Shown: piece after piece, positions 1 to 7,530 of the stretch
Layout: every line of letters begins with the position of its first letter
How positions within the stretch are numbered: position 1 is the stretch's first letter
Source: a virus
Virus record (IMG/VR): IMGVR_UViG_3300044844_001004
Length of the DNA: 64,000 nt
Strand: one strand, 5' to 3'
Made by a program: the position numbers and the translations under genes
The notes under the pieces: model-generated
Seen by the model: the letters and a program-made list of their open reading frames with translations, nothing else
Told to the model about the DNA's origin: nothing
Database searches by the model: none

Positions 1-3
1 GGA

Positions 4-192
4 TTACCGTCTGCCGGGAGTGTTACTGGAGCCGTACTTGATGGGGAGTACAGCGTACACCAGGCCGACGACACCGACGACCAGGCGCAGGACGACGAGT
101 AGCCGGGGCAGCTGGCCGACCAAAGGACCGCGCGAGGCAGGCCGGGGCCGACTGCCAGGCCCCCCAAACCCTTGAAACCGCACGGGTCCCAT
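4..192 (-). CDS. hypothetical small membrane protein (62 aa)
   Basis: Complete ORF in track with one hydrophobic helix (LLVVLRLVVGVVGLVYAVLPI). On the minus strand it lies downstream of the promoter-like repeat modules at 240-371. It competes with a plus-strand open frame (1..102) entering from the left edge. Confidence 0.3.
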   Translation of the reverse strand: MGPVRFQGFGGPGSRPRPASRGPLVGQLPRLLVVLRLVVGVVGLVYAVLPIKYGSSNTPGRR

Positions 193-239
193 CCGGGCCC
201 TTTAGGTATAGCCCCTCTTTACACACGACACCCCCCCCT

Positions 240-371
240 GTAATCCCAAATTCCGGCATTTGCCCACCTCAAAAAAAATGGGGGAGGTTTGCGGTGGGCG
301 CCTCGTTCGACACACCCGACGTCCGTAAATCCAAATCTCGCTCGTGCCGGCTGTCAAAAAAAATGGGGGAG
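240..371. repeat. two imperfect ~47-bp direct repeats, each ending in TCAAAAAAAATGGGGGAG
   Basis: Identical 18-bp cores at 269-286 and 354-371, 85 bp apart. The upstream arms are similar: gtaatcccaaatt (240-252) and gtaaatccaaatc (325-337). On the minus strand copy 2 reads T8 followed by TTGACA (352-357). Confidence 0.8.
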
Positions 372-409
372 AGTTTCCAGGAGTGGGGAGTTTTGAGCGC
401 TGGCGGGGC

Positions 410-513
410 GTGGTGAGGTTTTTGGGTGGTGGGTGATGGTATGAGGCTGGCGTGGTGGTTGGGAGGATGGAAGGGGTGGTTTGGAGGGGGGTGAGTGGAG
501 TGCTGGTGTGAGG
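410..513 (+). other. C-depleted G/T-rich tract with several G3-G6 runs
   Basis: I count only three C residues (447, 451, 503) in 104 nt. G runs occur at 424-426, 431-433, 461-463, 473-476 and 485-490. A second tract, 638-717, has no C at all. Confidence 0.85.
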
Positions 514-536
514 CTCCGCGGTGGCCCAAAAACACA

Positions 537-818
537 TGGAACGCTTGTCACGCATTCGGAACTCATGATTGATCGATGCGTCCCAAAACTAACTCCCTTA
601 TTTTCACATACTTATATATTATTGGAACGCATGGAACGGATAATATATAGAATTAGTATAGGAGTAGATAAGGGGTATAGGAGGGTGTGGAGAGGTGTGG
701 TGGGAATGGATGAAAAACATGCGTTCCAGCCATTCCAGCGTTAAACCCCTTTGGAATGTGTAGGTTACGTGGAACGCCATACCCGTTCCAAGATCCTGGA
801 TGGCGTTCCAAGGAACGG
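537..818. promoter_or_regulatory. iteron-like TGGAACG(C/G) array flanking an AT-rich core; candidate replication origin
   Basis: Exact octamers lie forward at 537, 623, 632 and 770, and reverse at 721, 783 and 803. There is a 7/8 copy at 811 and degenerate copies at 557 and 732. A perfect palindrome CGTTCCAAGGAACG sits at 804-817. The AT-rich core spans about 590-660, and the array abuts the primase-helicase gene. Confidence 0.45.
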
Positions 819-848
819 ATGGTACTGGTGGGAAATCGGTACCATCCG
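816..848 (-). terminator. stem-loop just downstream of the primase-helicase stop
   Basis: CGGATGGTAC (816-825) pairs with GTACCATCCG (839-848), a 10-bp stem with a 13-nt loop. It starts 9 nt after the minus-strand stop codon at 857-859. The following U-tract is weak (ttcctt), so it may belong to the origin instead. Confidence 0.35.
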
Positions 849-856
849 TACTGTGT

Positions 857-3055
857 TTAGCCGGAAATCGACCTCAATGTGAGTCCGTAGACGACTCGTT
901 TCTTCTGTGTTCCGATCCACTGCGGGTTGGCGCTGACTTCGAATCCGTGACCGCGTAGGAGTTCAGCGAACCGGCGCGGGTCGGATTGTTTGCCGGTCCA
1001 GCGGGAGTATCGTTCGCGGAGATCTGGCAGGAAGCACTTCAGAACTTCGCTTTCCTCACCTTCGTCGCTTACCTCGCATTCGTCGGCGATGAATCCGGTG
1101 AGGGGATCCTGTTCGGCGCGGTACTTCAAGACCTCTTCGTCGCCGGCGGCCGAGAAAACTCCGCCCGAGTGGTAGAGTCGCTGCGCTCCTTCGAGGGCCC
1201 AGAGGAGAATGCCTGGCAATTCGCGTTCCAGTTTTTCCTTGAGCGTGGTGTCCTGCTCGTTTTTTGGAATGACGTGGTTGAACCGGATCATGAGGAGACG
1301 GTTGTAGGTTCCGCGGCTGCGATCGTTGATACCGGGAAGCGTGTTCGTGGTGATGACGTGTTTGCAGATCGGGACGTCCATGACTGGCGTGAGGTTCTTC
1401 GGGTCGAATAGGATTGGCTCCTCAGTTGACACGAGGGTTTTGAATCCTCCATCGGCGATCATGGCGCCGGAGGTGAGTTCGGTGAGGAGGTTGACGAGTT
1501 TTCCGAGGAGAGGGGCGCGGCGCCGCGGGTCGTCCATGTCCTCGACGGATACCGAACAGGTGTTGGCTCCGCCGACTAGCATGCGAATGATGAGCGGGAT
1601 CATGGACTTGCCGCAGTCCGACTCGCCTACGCAGAGGAGCGCCTTCTTGTAGCGGGCGTGCGGCATCAGGCAGTAGCCGAAAAACTCCTGGAGGGCGGAG
1701 ATTTTCAGGTCCTTGTCGACATCCTTGCCGAAGTAGGTTTCAAGGCAGCGGAATAGTTCGCTCGAAAGTGCGTCAGCGTGAAAAGGCACCGGAGAGCACG
1801 CCTGCAGGAAGTCGTCTGATCGGTGAGGTCGGATGGACATGGACCGGATATCGACTACGCCGTTGTCGACTGGGACTTCGTAAGGAGCGATCTGGCGCCA
1901 CGTCTGCCGTTGCCGGTGTGTTTTTGCGGAGATGTAGCTGGCGATCTCGGAACGGCGCTTCTGAGTGGTCCACTTCATCGAGTCGAAGCGCATGGCGACC
2001 GACTGAAGACGCGAAGGGGAAATCAGGTTCCAGCAGTTGGTGGAGTATTCGTACAGGTAGGTGTCGACGTTGATGATTTTGTGGGCGGCGAGAATTTTCT
2101 CGGCGATGTCGTTGGGAGAAAGGCGATTCGTCGCCGTTCCATCGTCCTCCGGAGGTGGTTCGTCGTCGTAAGCGTCGGGTGCTGGTGCGGCCGGCGGATC
2201 GGGGAGCGAACGGTTGAAGGCGTTGATGGCCTTCTCAGCGAACTCCGCGGAAAGGCCGGCCGGATACTTGGCGGCGGAACGGACGATCTGGCGAACGGCT
2301 CGCTCGGTAGGAATCTCCTCGCAGGTTTGGGCGGCTTCCCAGACTTGCTCGTAGATTTCATCCTCGGTCTTCATGGTCGAGGCGCGAATCGAGCATGCGT
2401 ACTTGAACAGCGTCTCGTGCTGGTGAGGGTGCATGATGCGGTCTGGGAGGGTGAAGCGAGATGCTGGCCCTGACGGCCTGGAGAGTTTGATGCAGGCGTC
2501 AACGATCCATGGCGGTGCCTCGGCTGTAGGCCCTTGCGGGACGTCCTCCTCGCAGTCGACCCATTGGTAATTGCCAGGGCGGGTTGTCCCTGGCTTCGAA
2601 CAGGTTTTTTTGTGCTTGTCGGTAGTCTGGTTGCACTCGGTACAGATTACCGTGACCGATGGCGGCGCCACGATATAGCCGCCTACTCCGCGAACGTCGA
2701 CACCGCGGGCGATTTGACTGGCGGAGTTCGAGATCATTTTGTCTGGCATCTTGTAAAGCAGGTGCTTGCCAAGACGACCAGTGACGGACTCGTGAGTTTG
2801 CGGGAGGTCGTTTGCCTCGGCCCACGCAAGACCGTCCGGATCAATGTCAATGACGAAAAAGTCCTGGCCGGTAGCGAGTCCGATGTTGGCGTTTGGAAAC
2901 GTCGACCACCACTTCTTGATTTGTTGCTCGTCAAGGGTAGCGTCCTTGCAACCGTTTTTTGAGATCGGCGTCTTGTCTTTCGGTTTGAGCGGGTGAACTC
3001 TCCAGCCACGGCGGGCATACGCGAGGGCGGCGGCGAGTAACGGATTTTGAGTCAT
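857..3055 (-). CDS. bifunctional DNA primase/polymerase (Prim-Pol) fused to D5/P4-type SF3 helicase
   Basis: 732 aa. The N-terminus has Prim-Pol motifs (WRVHPLKPKDKTP, FVIDIDPDG, VRGVGGYIVAPPS). The middle is PriCT-like (HQHETLFKYACSIRAS...). The C-terminus is an NTPase with Walker A GESDCGKS, typical of phage/plasmid P4-family primases. Confidence 0.9.
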   Translation of the reverse strand: MTQNPLLAAALAYARRGWRVHPLKPKDKTPISKNGCKDATLDEQQIKKWWSTFPNANIGLATGQDFFVIDIDPDGLAWAEANDLPQTHESVTGRLGKHLLYKMPDKMISNSASQIARGVDVRGVGGYIVAPPSVTVICTECNQTTDKHKKTCSKPGTTRPGNYQWVDCEEDVPQGPTAEAPPWIVDACIKLSRPSGPASRFTLPDRIMHPHQHETLFKYACSIRASTMKTEDEIYEQVWEAAQTCEEIPTERAVRQIVRSAAKYPAGLSAEFAEKAINAFNRSLPDPPAAPAPDAYDDEPPPEDDGTATNRLSPNDIAEKILAAHKIINVDTYLYEYSTNCWNLISPSRLQSVAMRFDSMKWTTQKRRSEIASYISAKTHRQRQTWRQIAPYEVPVDNGVVDIRSMSIRPHRSDDFLQACSPVPFHADALSSELFRCLETYFGKDVDKDLKISALQEFFGYCLMPHARYKKALLCVGESDCGKSMIPLIIRMLVGGANTCSVSVEDMDDPRRRAPLLGKLVNLLTELTSGAMIADGGFKTLVSTEEPILFDPKNLTPVMDVPICKHVITTNTLPGINDRSRGTYNRLLMIRFNHVIPKNEQDTTLKEKLERELPGILLWALEGAQRLYHSGGVFSAAGDEEVLKYRAEQDPLTGFIADECEVSDEGEESEVLKCFLPDLRERYSRWTGKQSDPRRFAELLRGHGFEVSANPQWIGTQKKRVVYGLTLRSISG

Positions 3056-3606
3056 TTAGCGGATCCTGTTCTTGTGTTCACAGCATGTTTTTCAAAAAGT
3101 GATGTTGGCCCAGACTTCAGCCAGTAGGCAGGGTGGCATCCAAGCGTTAACGCCCAATCTCTTGGCGTTTGGCAGGCACAGCCAACTCCGTATTTTCCAG
3201 CGAGTCGAAGAGCTCCAGATGCACGCACAGCGTTGATCGGATAAGAAGGAGATAACTCGTGACCCCATGTTGAGTCGACCGGGAACAAGAAGGTATATCG
3301 CAGCCTTGAATTAAATGCGGCAGGGTACTTCTTGATCTGAGAGTTAATCAGCCTGCCTTGATAGTCAATGCACTGAGCGAGCGCTGCAGTAAAGCCTGTA
3401 AAATGGCCTTGTTCGGAATCCCACCTGGCCGGATCCTTTATTTCAAAACCGATCGGACCGGAGATTTGGTTGTTCTTTTCGAATCCGACGAAATCGATGA
3501 TCAGATCGTTTCCGGCTACCGGATGGCGCATGTAGACACTGGGAAATAGTTCGAAATACGGAGAGAATAATTCGACGAACTGCGATGAGTACGACTTCTC
3601 ATCCAT
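3052..3606 (-). CDS. hypothetical protein, possible PD-(D/E)XK-fold nuclease
   Basis: 184 aa with an ATGA-type 4-nt overlap with the primase gene. It carries a D-x(n)-E-x-K pattern (LIIDFVGFEKNNQISGPIGFEIKD). The segment is visibly AT-richer than its flanks. Confidence 0.55.
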   Translation of the reverse strand: MDEKSYSSQFVELFSPYFELFPSVYMRHPVAGNDLIIDFVGFEKNNQISGPIGFEIKDPARWDSEQGHFTGFTAALAQCIDYQGRLINSQIKKYPAAFNSRLRYTFLFPVDSTWGHELSPSYPINAVRASGALRLAGKYGVGCACQTPRDWALTLGCHPAYWLKSGPTSLFEKHAVNTRTGSAK

Positions 3607-5092
3607 ACAAAGACCTTCGCTGTTGATCTTTCGCTACGAGATCAGCGTGAGCCGATGCCCACTCTTCTCGCCATCCTCGTTTCGGCCTCTCCCTGAACTC
3701 CGACTGGTACTTCATGAACGCAAAGCCCTTGCTGTACGGCTCTCCACTGCGCTTGGACTGCGTGTGCTGCTGTAGAAGATACCAAGCGTAGCGCTGCCGC
3801 TTGACCTGCTCAGGAATGACTTTTATTTCTGAGTCAGTGATTTCTTTCAGTTCGCCTGCCGAGTGCTTGGCGTCCCTACGCTTTCGAGTCGAAAAGACAT
3901 ATCCGCAAGTGCAGGTAAGGGCAGAGGTGTCGTATACCTTTGAGCATTTTGGGCAGACCTTCACCAAGTCTGCGTAGTTAGGAGAGACTGATTTCTTCTT
4001 CGCCTTGTCAATTTCAAGCTCCCAGACTCGCTTGGTGTTCGGCAGCCCATGTCCCGGGTGATAGACGTTTCCGGCATGGTCAAGAATAATGCAGTCCGAT
4101 TTCCCTGGGTGCGGACGAAGGCCTCGGCCGCGGCGCTGCAGGTACTTGACGAGCGAAGCGGTAATAGACGCGTCGATGATGCACGATACGGATGGGCAAT
4201 CTACACCCTCATCGTAAATTCCTACATTGGAAATTACCTTTATTTCGCCGGATGCCAGGCGTGAGATTAAGGTGTCTCGAATCTCGACTGGTGTTTTTGC
4301 GTCGACGTGCTCGGCGGGAATGCCGTTGCGGCGAAACTCGTCAACGATGGCGTGGGAGTGAACGATTGTAGAGGCGAAGGCGATAGTCTGGCGCCCGGCG
4401 GCTTTCTCCATCCACTCCTTTACGACATCGCCAATTAACTCCGGCTTGTTCATTTCTGTCGCGACGTCTTCGGCGTTATAGTCTCCGCCGGTTTTCTTGT
4501 ACCCGGACATGTTGTGCTTCTTGCCGGCGAATGTGATAGCTGGAACAAGAAACCCCATCTCCGTTAAGTCGGCCACTTGTGGGCACTCGACGATGCGCTG
4601 GAATAGGTTACCGCCAAGGCCACGGCCGTCTAGCCTGCAAGGGGTAGCAGTCAAACCGATGACCACCGGGTTGCCAAGAATCTCCAGAACGGTCTTGTAC
4701 GTGTCCGCTCGCGCACGATGAGCTTCGTCGATAATCACCAGCGACGGAGGCGTGCTGAAGTCTCGATTCACGAGCGTCTGCACGCTGCCTATCTGCACCG
4801 GAAGATGAGGCTTGTTACGGCGATGCGCCCCCATAATAATTCCGTGATCGATACCCATGTCGTCGAGACGCTTTGATGGCTGCGAGATGAGCTCTCGGCG
4901 GTGGGCCATAAACAAGACTCGGCCTCCGCGGCTGACTGCAGATTCGATCAGGAATGCGGCAATGGTCGTTTTGCCGGCGCCGGTAGGGGCGACGAGAAGT
5001 TGGCCTTTGATGCCGCGGCGAACTCCGTCTCGCAGGGATTCTATGGCGGTTTCCTGAAATGGTCTAAGCGTTTGTCTCATGCGATCCGCCAC
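3599..5092 (-). CDS. SF2 DEAD/DEAH-box helicase with C-terminal zinc ribbon
   Basis: 497 aa. Motif I is VAPTGAGKT, motif II IIDEAH, motif III TATP and motif VI QRRGRGLR. The C-terminus has CPKCSKVYDTSALTCTCGY. Confidence 0.9.
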   Translation of the reverse strand: MADRMRQTLRPFQETAIESLRDGVRRGIKGQLLVAPTGAGKTTIAAFLIESAVSRGGRVLFMAHRRELISQPSKRLDDMGIDHGIIMGAHRRNKPHLPVQIGSVQTLVNRDFSTPPSLVIIDEAHRARADTYKTVLEILGNPVVIGLTATPCRLDGRGLGGNLFQRIVECPQVADLTEMGFLVPAITFAGKKHNMSGYKKTGGDYNAEDVATEMNKPELIGDVVKEWMEKAAGRQTIAFASTIVHSHAIVDEFRRNGIPAEHVDAKTPVEIRDTLISRLASGEIKVISNVGIYDEGVDCPSVSCIIDASITASLVKYLQRRGRGLRPHPGKSDCIILDHAGNVYHPGHGLPNTKRVWELEIDKAKKKSVSPNYADLVKVCPKCSKVYDTSALTCTCGYVFSTRKRRDAKHSAGELKEITDSEIKVIPEQVKRQRYAWYLLQQHTQSKRSGEPYSKGFAFMKYQSEFRERPKRGWREEWASAHADLVAKDQQRRSLYG

Positions 5093-5427
5093 TCATGCAG
5101 GAGATTCATGAACGACTCGAATGAGTCTGCCCAGCCAGCCTTGTACCCGAAGTATGTGAGCTTTGCGATGAACTCAAGCTGGTCTTTCCGGGGAGACTCC
5201 CCAGGCTTCTTGAACTCAACCCATATTGCCGGTTGACCCGGGTGAGTAAACGTCCAATCTGCCTCACCATTTTCACCCATCTGGATTGGCGTGTGGTTCT
5301 TCGTGTAGAAGAGTCCGACGTGGTTTCGCTTTGGGCGCCAGCCCAATGCGTGCATGTGCTCTACGCACAACTTAACGACGTCTGCTTCTGTGGTCGCGTG
5401 CGTCTTCGGAAGCACCTTTGGCTTCAT
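5077..5427 (-). CDS. VRR-NUC domain nuclease
   Basis: The sequence GWRPKRNHVGLF...GEADWTF...AIWVEFKKPGESPRKDQLEF matches the VRR-NUC D...ExK pattern. I prefer the start at 5427 (MKPKV, preceded by AGGTGA) to the track start at 5514. Confidence 0.75.
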   Translation of the reverse strand: MKPKVLPKTHATTEADVVKLCVEHMHALGWRPKRNHVGLFYTKNHTPIQMGENGEADWTFTHPGQPAIWVEFKKPGESPRKDQLEFIAKLTYFGYKAGWADSFESFMNLLHEWRIA

Positions 5428-5609
5428 TCTGTTCACCTGCTTTTTGGAATCCGTCCTGTCGATTAGGGTGAGGCCGGAAGGCCCGGCCTCGATTCCAAGT
5501 CGGCAGAACGACAACGGGGGATCAGTCCCGTCTTGAGAAGAATATCATGAGTCGTTCCGTTATGAGCACGTTTTATTGCTGATCTGACACAAAGGTGTAT
5601 GATGGCTCC

Positions 5610-5927
5610 ATGGGCTTTTGGAAAAAACTGGGCGAAGACGGGCGGATGGTTGAAGTGCGGTGCTCAGAATTAGCACGCCTTGATGAGTCTGAGTTGCCCG
5701 GTCGCCTTGGCGGAGATTTGTTCATGGTGTACGACTATACGGTGAAAGCAGGTCCGGTAGCGGACGTGCGGTTATTTGGGGATATTAAACCAGCTATCGA
5801 GTTTGCGCATGGGTCAATAGGTTCATATCTCGCTCCTATCGTCCCGGTAATGAAAAGCGTGCGGCGTGATGACGGATTTTTTGGGTGGGATCCGGTCTAT
5901 GAAGTGCTGCGCGCGGGTGTACACTGA
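5610..5927 (+). CDS. hypothetical protein starting MGFWKKLG
   Basis: Internal ATG of track ORF 5595..5927. It shares its first 8 residues with the next gene. Confidence 0.6.
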   Translation: MGFWKKLGEDGRMVEVRCSELARLDESELPGRLGGDLFMVYDYTVKAGPVADVRLFGDIKPAIEFAHGSIGSYLAPIVPVMKSVRRDDGFFGWDPVYEVLRAGVH

Positions 5928-5931
5928 GCGC

Positions 5932-6336
5932 ATGGGATTCTGGAAAAAGTTAGGCGCGTTCCTTGGACGAACGGCCGTGACTGCCGCGGCTGGCGCGCTG
6001 GATGCGAAGGCGAGCGGGAAACCGATCACGATTGGGACGGTTGGGCCCGGGGTGCTGGGGGATGTGCTGCGGCGGAGTGAGGAGCCACCTGCACCACCTG
6101 CACCACCTGCGGTGCTGGACATTTGGGAGGGCGACATCCGGCCCGGCGAGGTGACGGTAGGGTACTTGGCCGTATGGTACCGGGTGGACGGAAAGGTCGG
6201 ATATCGGCGGATCCGGTACTTCACGGATCTTGAATCGGCGTGGCAGTTCGCTGACGAGAAGAAGTCCAAGGTGATGCGGTTAACGGATACTGATGGGCGG
6301 AAGCATTTGGTGGAGTTGGAAAGGAAAAGAGTATAG
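5932..6336 (+). CDS. hypothetical protein starting MGFWKKLG
   Basis: In-frame ATG of track ORF 5866..6336, 4 nt after the previous stop. The N-terminal octapeptide is identical to that of the 5610 gene. It has a proline-rich linker (EEPPAPPAPPA). Confidence 0.6.
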   Translation: MGFWKKLGAFLGRTAVTAAAGALDAKASGKPITIGTVGPGVLGDVLRRSEEPPAPPAPPAVLDIWEGDIRPGEVTVGYLAVWYRVDGKVGYRRIRYFTDLESAWQFADEKKSKVMRLTDTDGRKHLVELERKRV

Positions 6337-6339
6337 CGT

Positions 6340-6699
6340 ATGGGCGGAATCATAGACCACATGGACAAGATGGATGAGCAGTATCGAAAAGACCATACCT
6401 TTGCGCCGGCCAAGCCGTACGACTTCAACAACCCGGCCGACCAGTTAAGGGGCGGGCTGCTCGGCCCTGGGTACGATAGCCAGAAGATAATGAACGATCT
6501 ACTGCAGCGGCAACAGACCCCAGCGCCGACCCCCATCAAAATCTTCACCGTCTGCGTAAACTCGGAGATAGGCGGGGAGAAGTACATGGCGTTCCTCGGA
6601 AACGACCCGTCGAAGAAAGCGACGGCCTCAACTCGCGACCAGGCGATCGTCGATTTGCTGACTGAGCAAAAGTTGATCGTGGCGGTGGAAAACGATTGA
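6340..6699 (+). CDS. hypothetical protein (119 aa)
   Basis: Track ORF that starts 3 nt after the previous stop. No motif recognised. Confidence 0.6.
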   Translation: MGGIIDHMDKMDEQYRKDHTFAPAKPYDFNNPADQLRGGLLGPGYDSQKIMNDLLQRQQTPAPTPIKIFTVCVNSEIGGEKYMAFLGNDPSKKATASTRDQAIVDLLTEQKLIVAVEND

Positions 6700-6803
6700 C
6701 TCTCATCTGACACCTTGGTACATTGGTGTAACTTGTTCGATGCGTGCAGCGTCGGACTTTCGCGGGGCTCTGGTGCAGGGGCCCTGCGAATAAAGGAGGC
6801 GAT

Positions 6804-6956
6804 ATGCAGAACGCTGAACGGGACGCTATGGCCGCGGTGATCGTGGCCGCTATCACTGGTAAGCCAAACAACGAGGCCAGCGTATTGCTGGTTCAGATGG
6901 GATCACAGAAGGCCGCCCGCGACCGGGCTTACCTCGACGACATGAGGCGTGGATGA
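6804..6956 (+). CDS. hypothetical small protein (50 aa)
   Basis: Internal ATG of track ORF 6744..6956, preceded by AAAGGAGG 5 nt upstream. Confidence 0.45.
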   Translation: MQNAERDAMAAVIVAAITGKPNNEASVLLVQMGSQKAARDRAYLDDMRRG

Positions 6957-7114
6957 GCGACGAACAGATTTTCTGCCTCTGCTGCGAGAACCCGTCGGCA
7001 GTCGACGTCCCAGGGCGAGCCGCGATCGAGGCGACGTTGCGCCAGGCGAAGGCGCGCGAACTGGGCGATGCGGCGAGCGACCCGTTTGAGATGGAGGCCC
7101 ATGAAGAGAGGTAA
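6953..7114 (+). CDS. hypothetical small protein (53 aa, CxCC N-terminus)
   Basis: Not in the track because it is under 60 aa. ATGA start/stop overlap with the previous ORF. Sequence begins MSDEQIFCLCCENPSAVD... Confidence 0.3.
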   Translation: MSDEQIFCLCCENPSAVDVPGRAAIEATLRQAKARELGDAASDPFEMEAHEER

Positions 7115-7328
7115 GCGCAAGGCACTCCCAAAGGCATCATGCGAAGTATGCGGACCGCAGCCAGGCGAGGAGATGTCCAACTGCTGTCCGACGCTATGCC
7201 ATCGCCATTGTCCGCATCCGCTGCCGCCGAAAGACGCCAGCGGATTGGAGTGGCACCGGCGATCACCGCTCACCGTCAGCGCTCACGGGCGAGAGTGGCA
7301 CCGAAGCCACAAAGGCTGCTGATACGAC

Positions 7329-7412
7329 ATGAAGCAGGTAATCCTGGTCATCGTGCTCTTGCTGCTACTCCTGTATTTTTTGATGGCAGGGCGCCGTGGT
7401 CCTGGTGTATGA
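7329..7412 (+). CDS. hypothetical 27-aa hydrophobic peptide
   Basis: MKQVILVIVLLLLLLYFLMAGRRGPGV. It is the last ORF before the terminator at 7461-7496. Confidence 0.3.
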   Translation: MKQVILVIVLLLLLLYFLMAGRRGPGV

Positions 7413-7460
7413 TCTGACTGGACACGGAAGTGAAATCTCCTTGATGGGCAAGCCACTTCG

Positions 7461-7496
7461 GCCGCCAGCCTTCACCGGTTAGGCGGCAATTTTTTT
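7461..7496 (+). terminator. rho-independent terminator candidate
   Basis: GCCGCC (7461-7466) pairs with GGCGGC (7482-7487), followed by a T7 run (7490-7496). It separates the small-ORF block from the morphogenesis operon. Confidence 0.5.
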
Positions 7497-7530
7497 GGTG
7501 GCAGCGAAACTTGGTAGGATTGAGGCGAAT

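Noticed and set aside
1-102. A plus-strand open frame entering from the left edge and ending in an acidic tail (…DDTDDQAQDDE).
   Set aside because: It is only 33 codons with no start in the window, so it cannot be distinguished from chance. It conflicts with the minus-strand ORF 4..192.
202-566. Three overlapping minus-strand ORFs (117, 88 and 70 aa) rich in P, T and H.
   Set aside because: They are artefacts of the C-depleted G/T-rich plus-strand tract and the A8/G5 repeats. I treat the region as non-coding.
5470-5490. The hairpin GAGGCCGG-aaggc-CCGGCCTC considered as a terminator.
   Set aside because: It sits between divergent gene starts if VRR-NUC starts at 5427, or inside coding sequence if the start is 5514. 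Its role is undetermined, so I did not call it.
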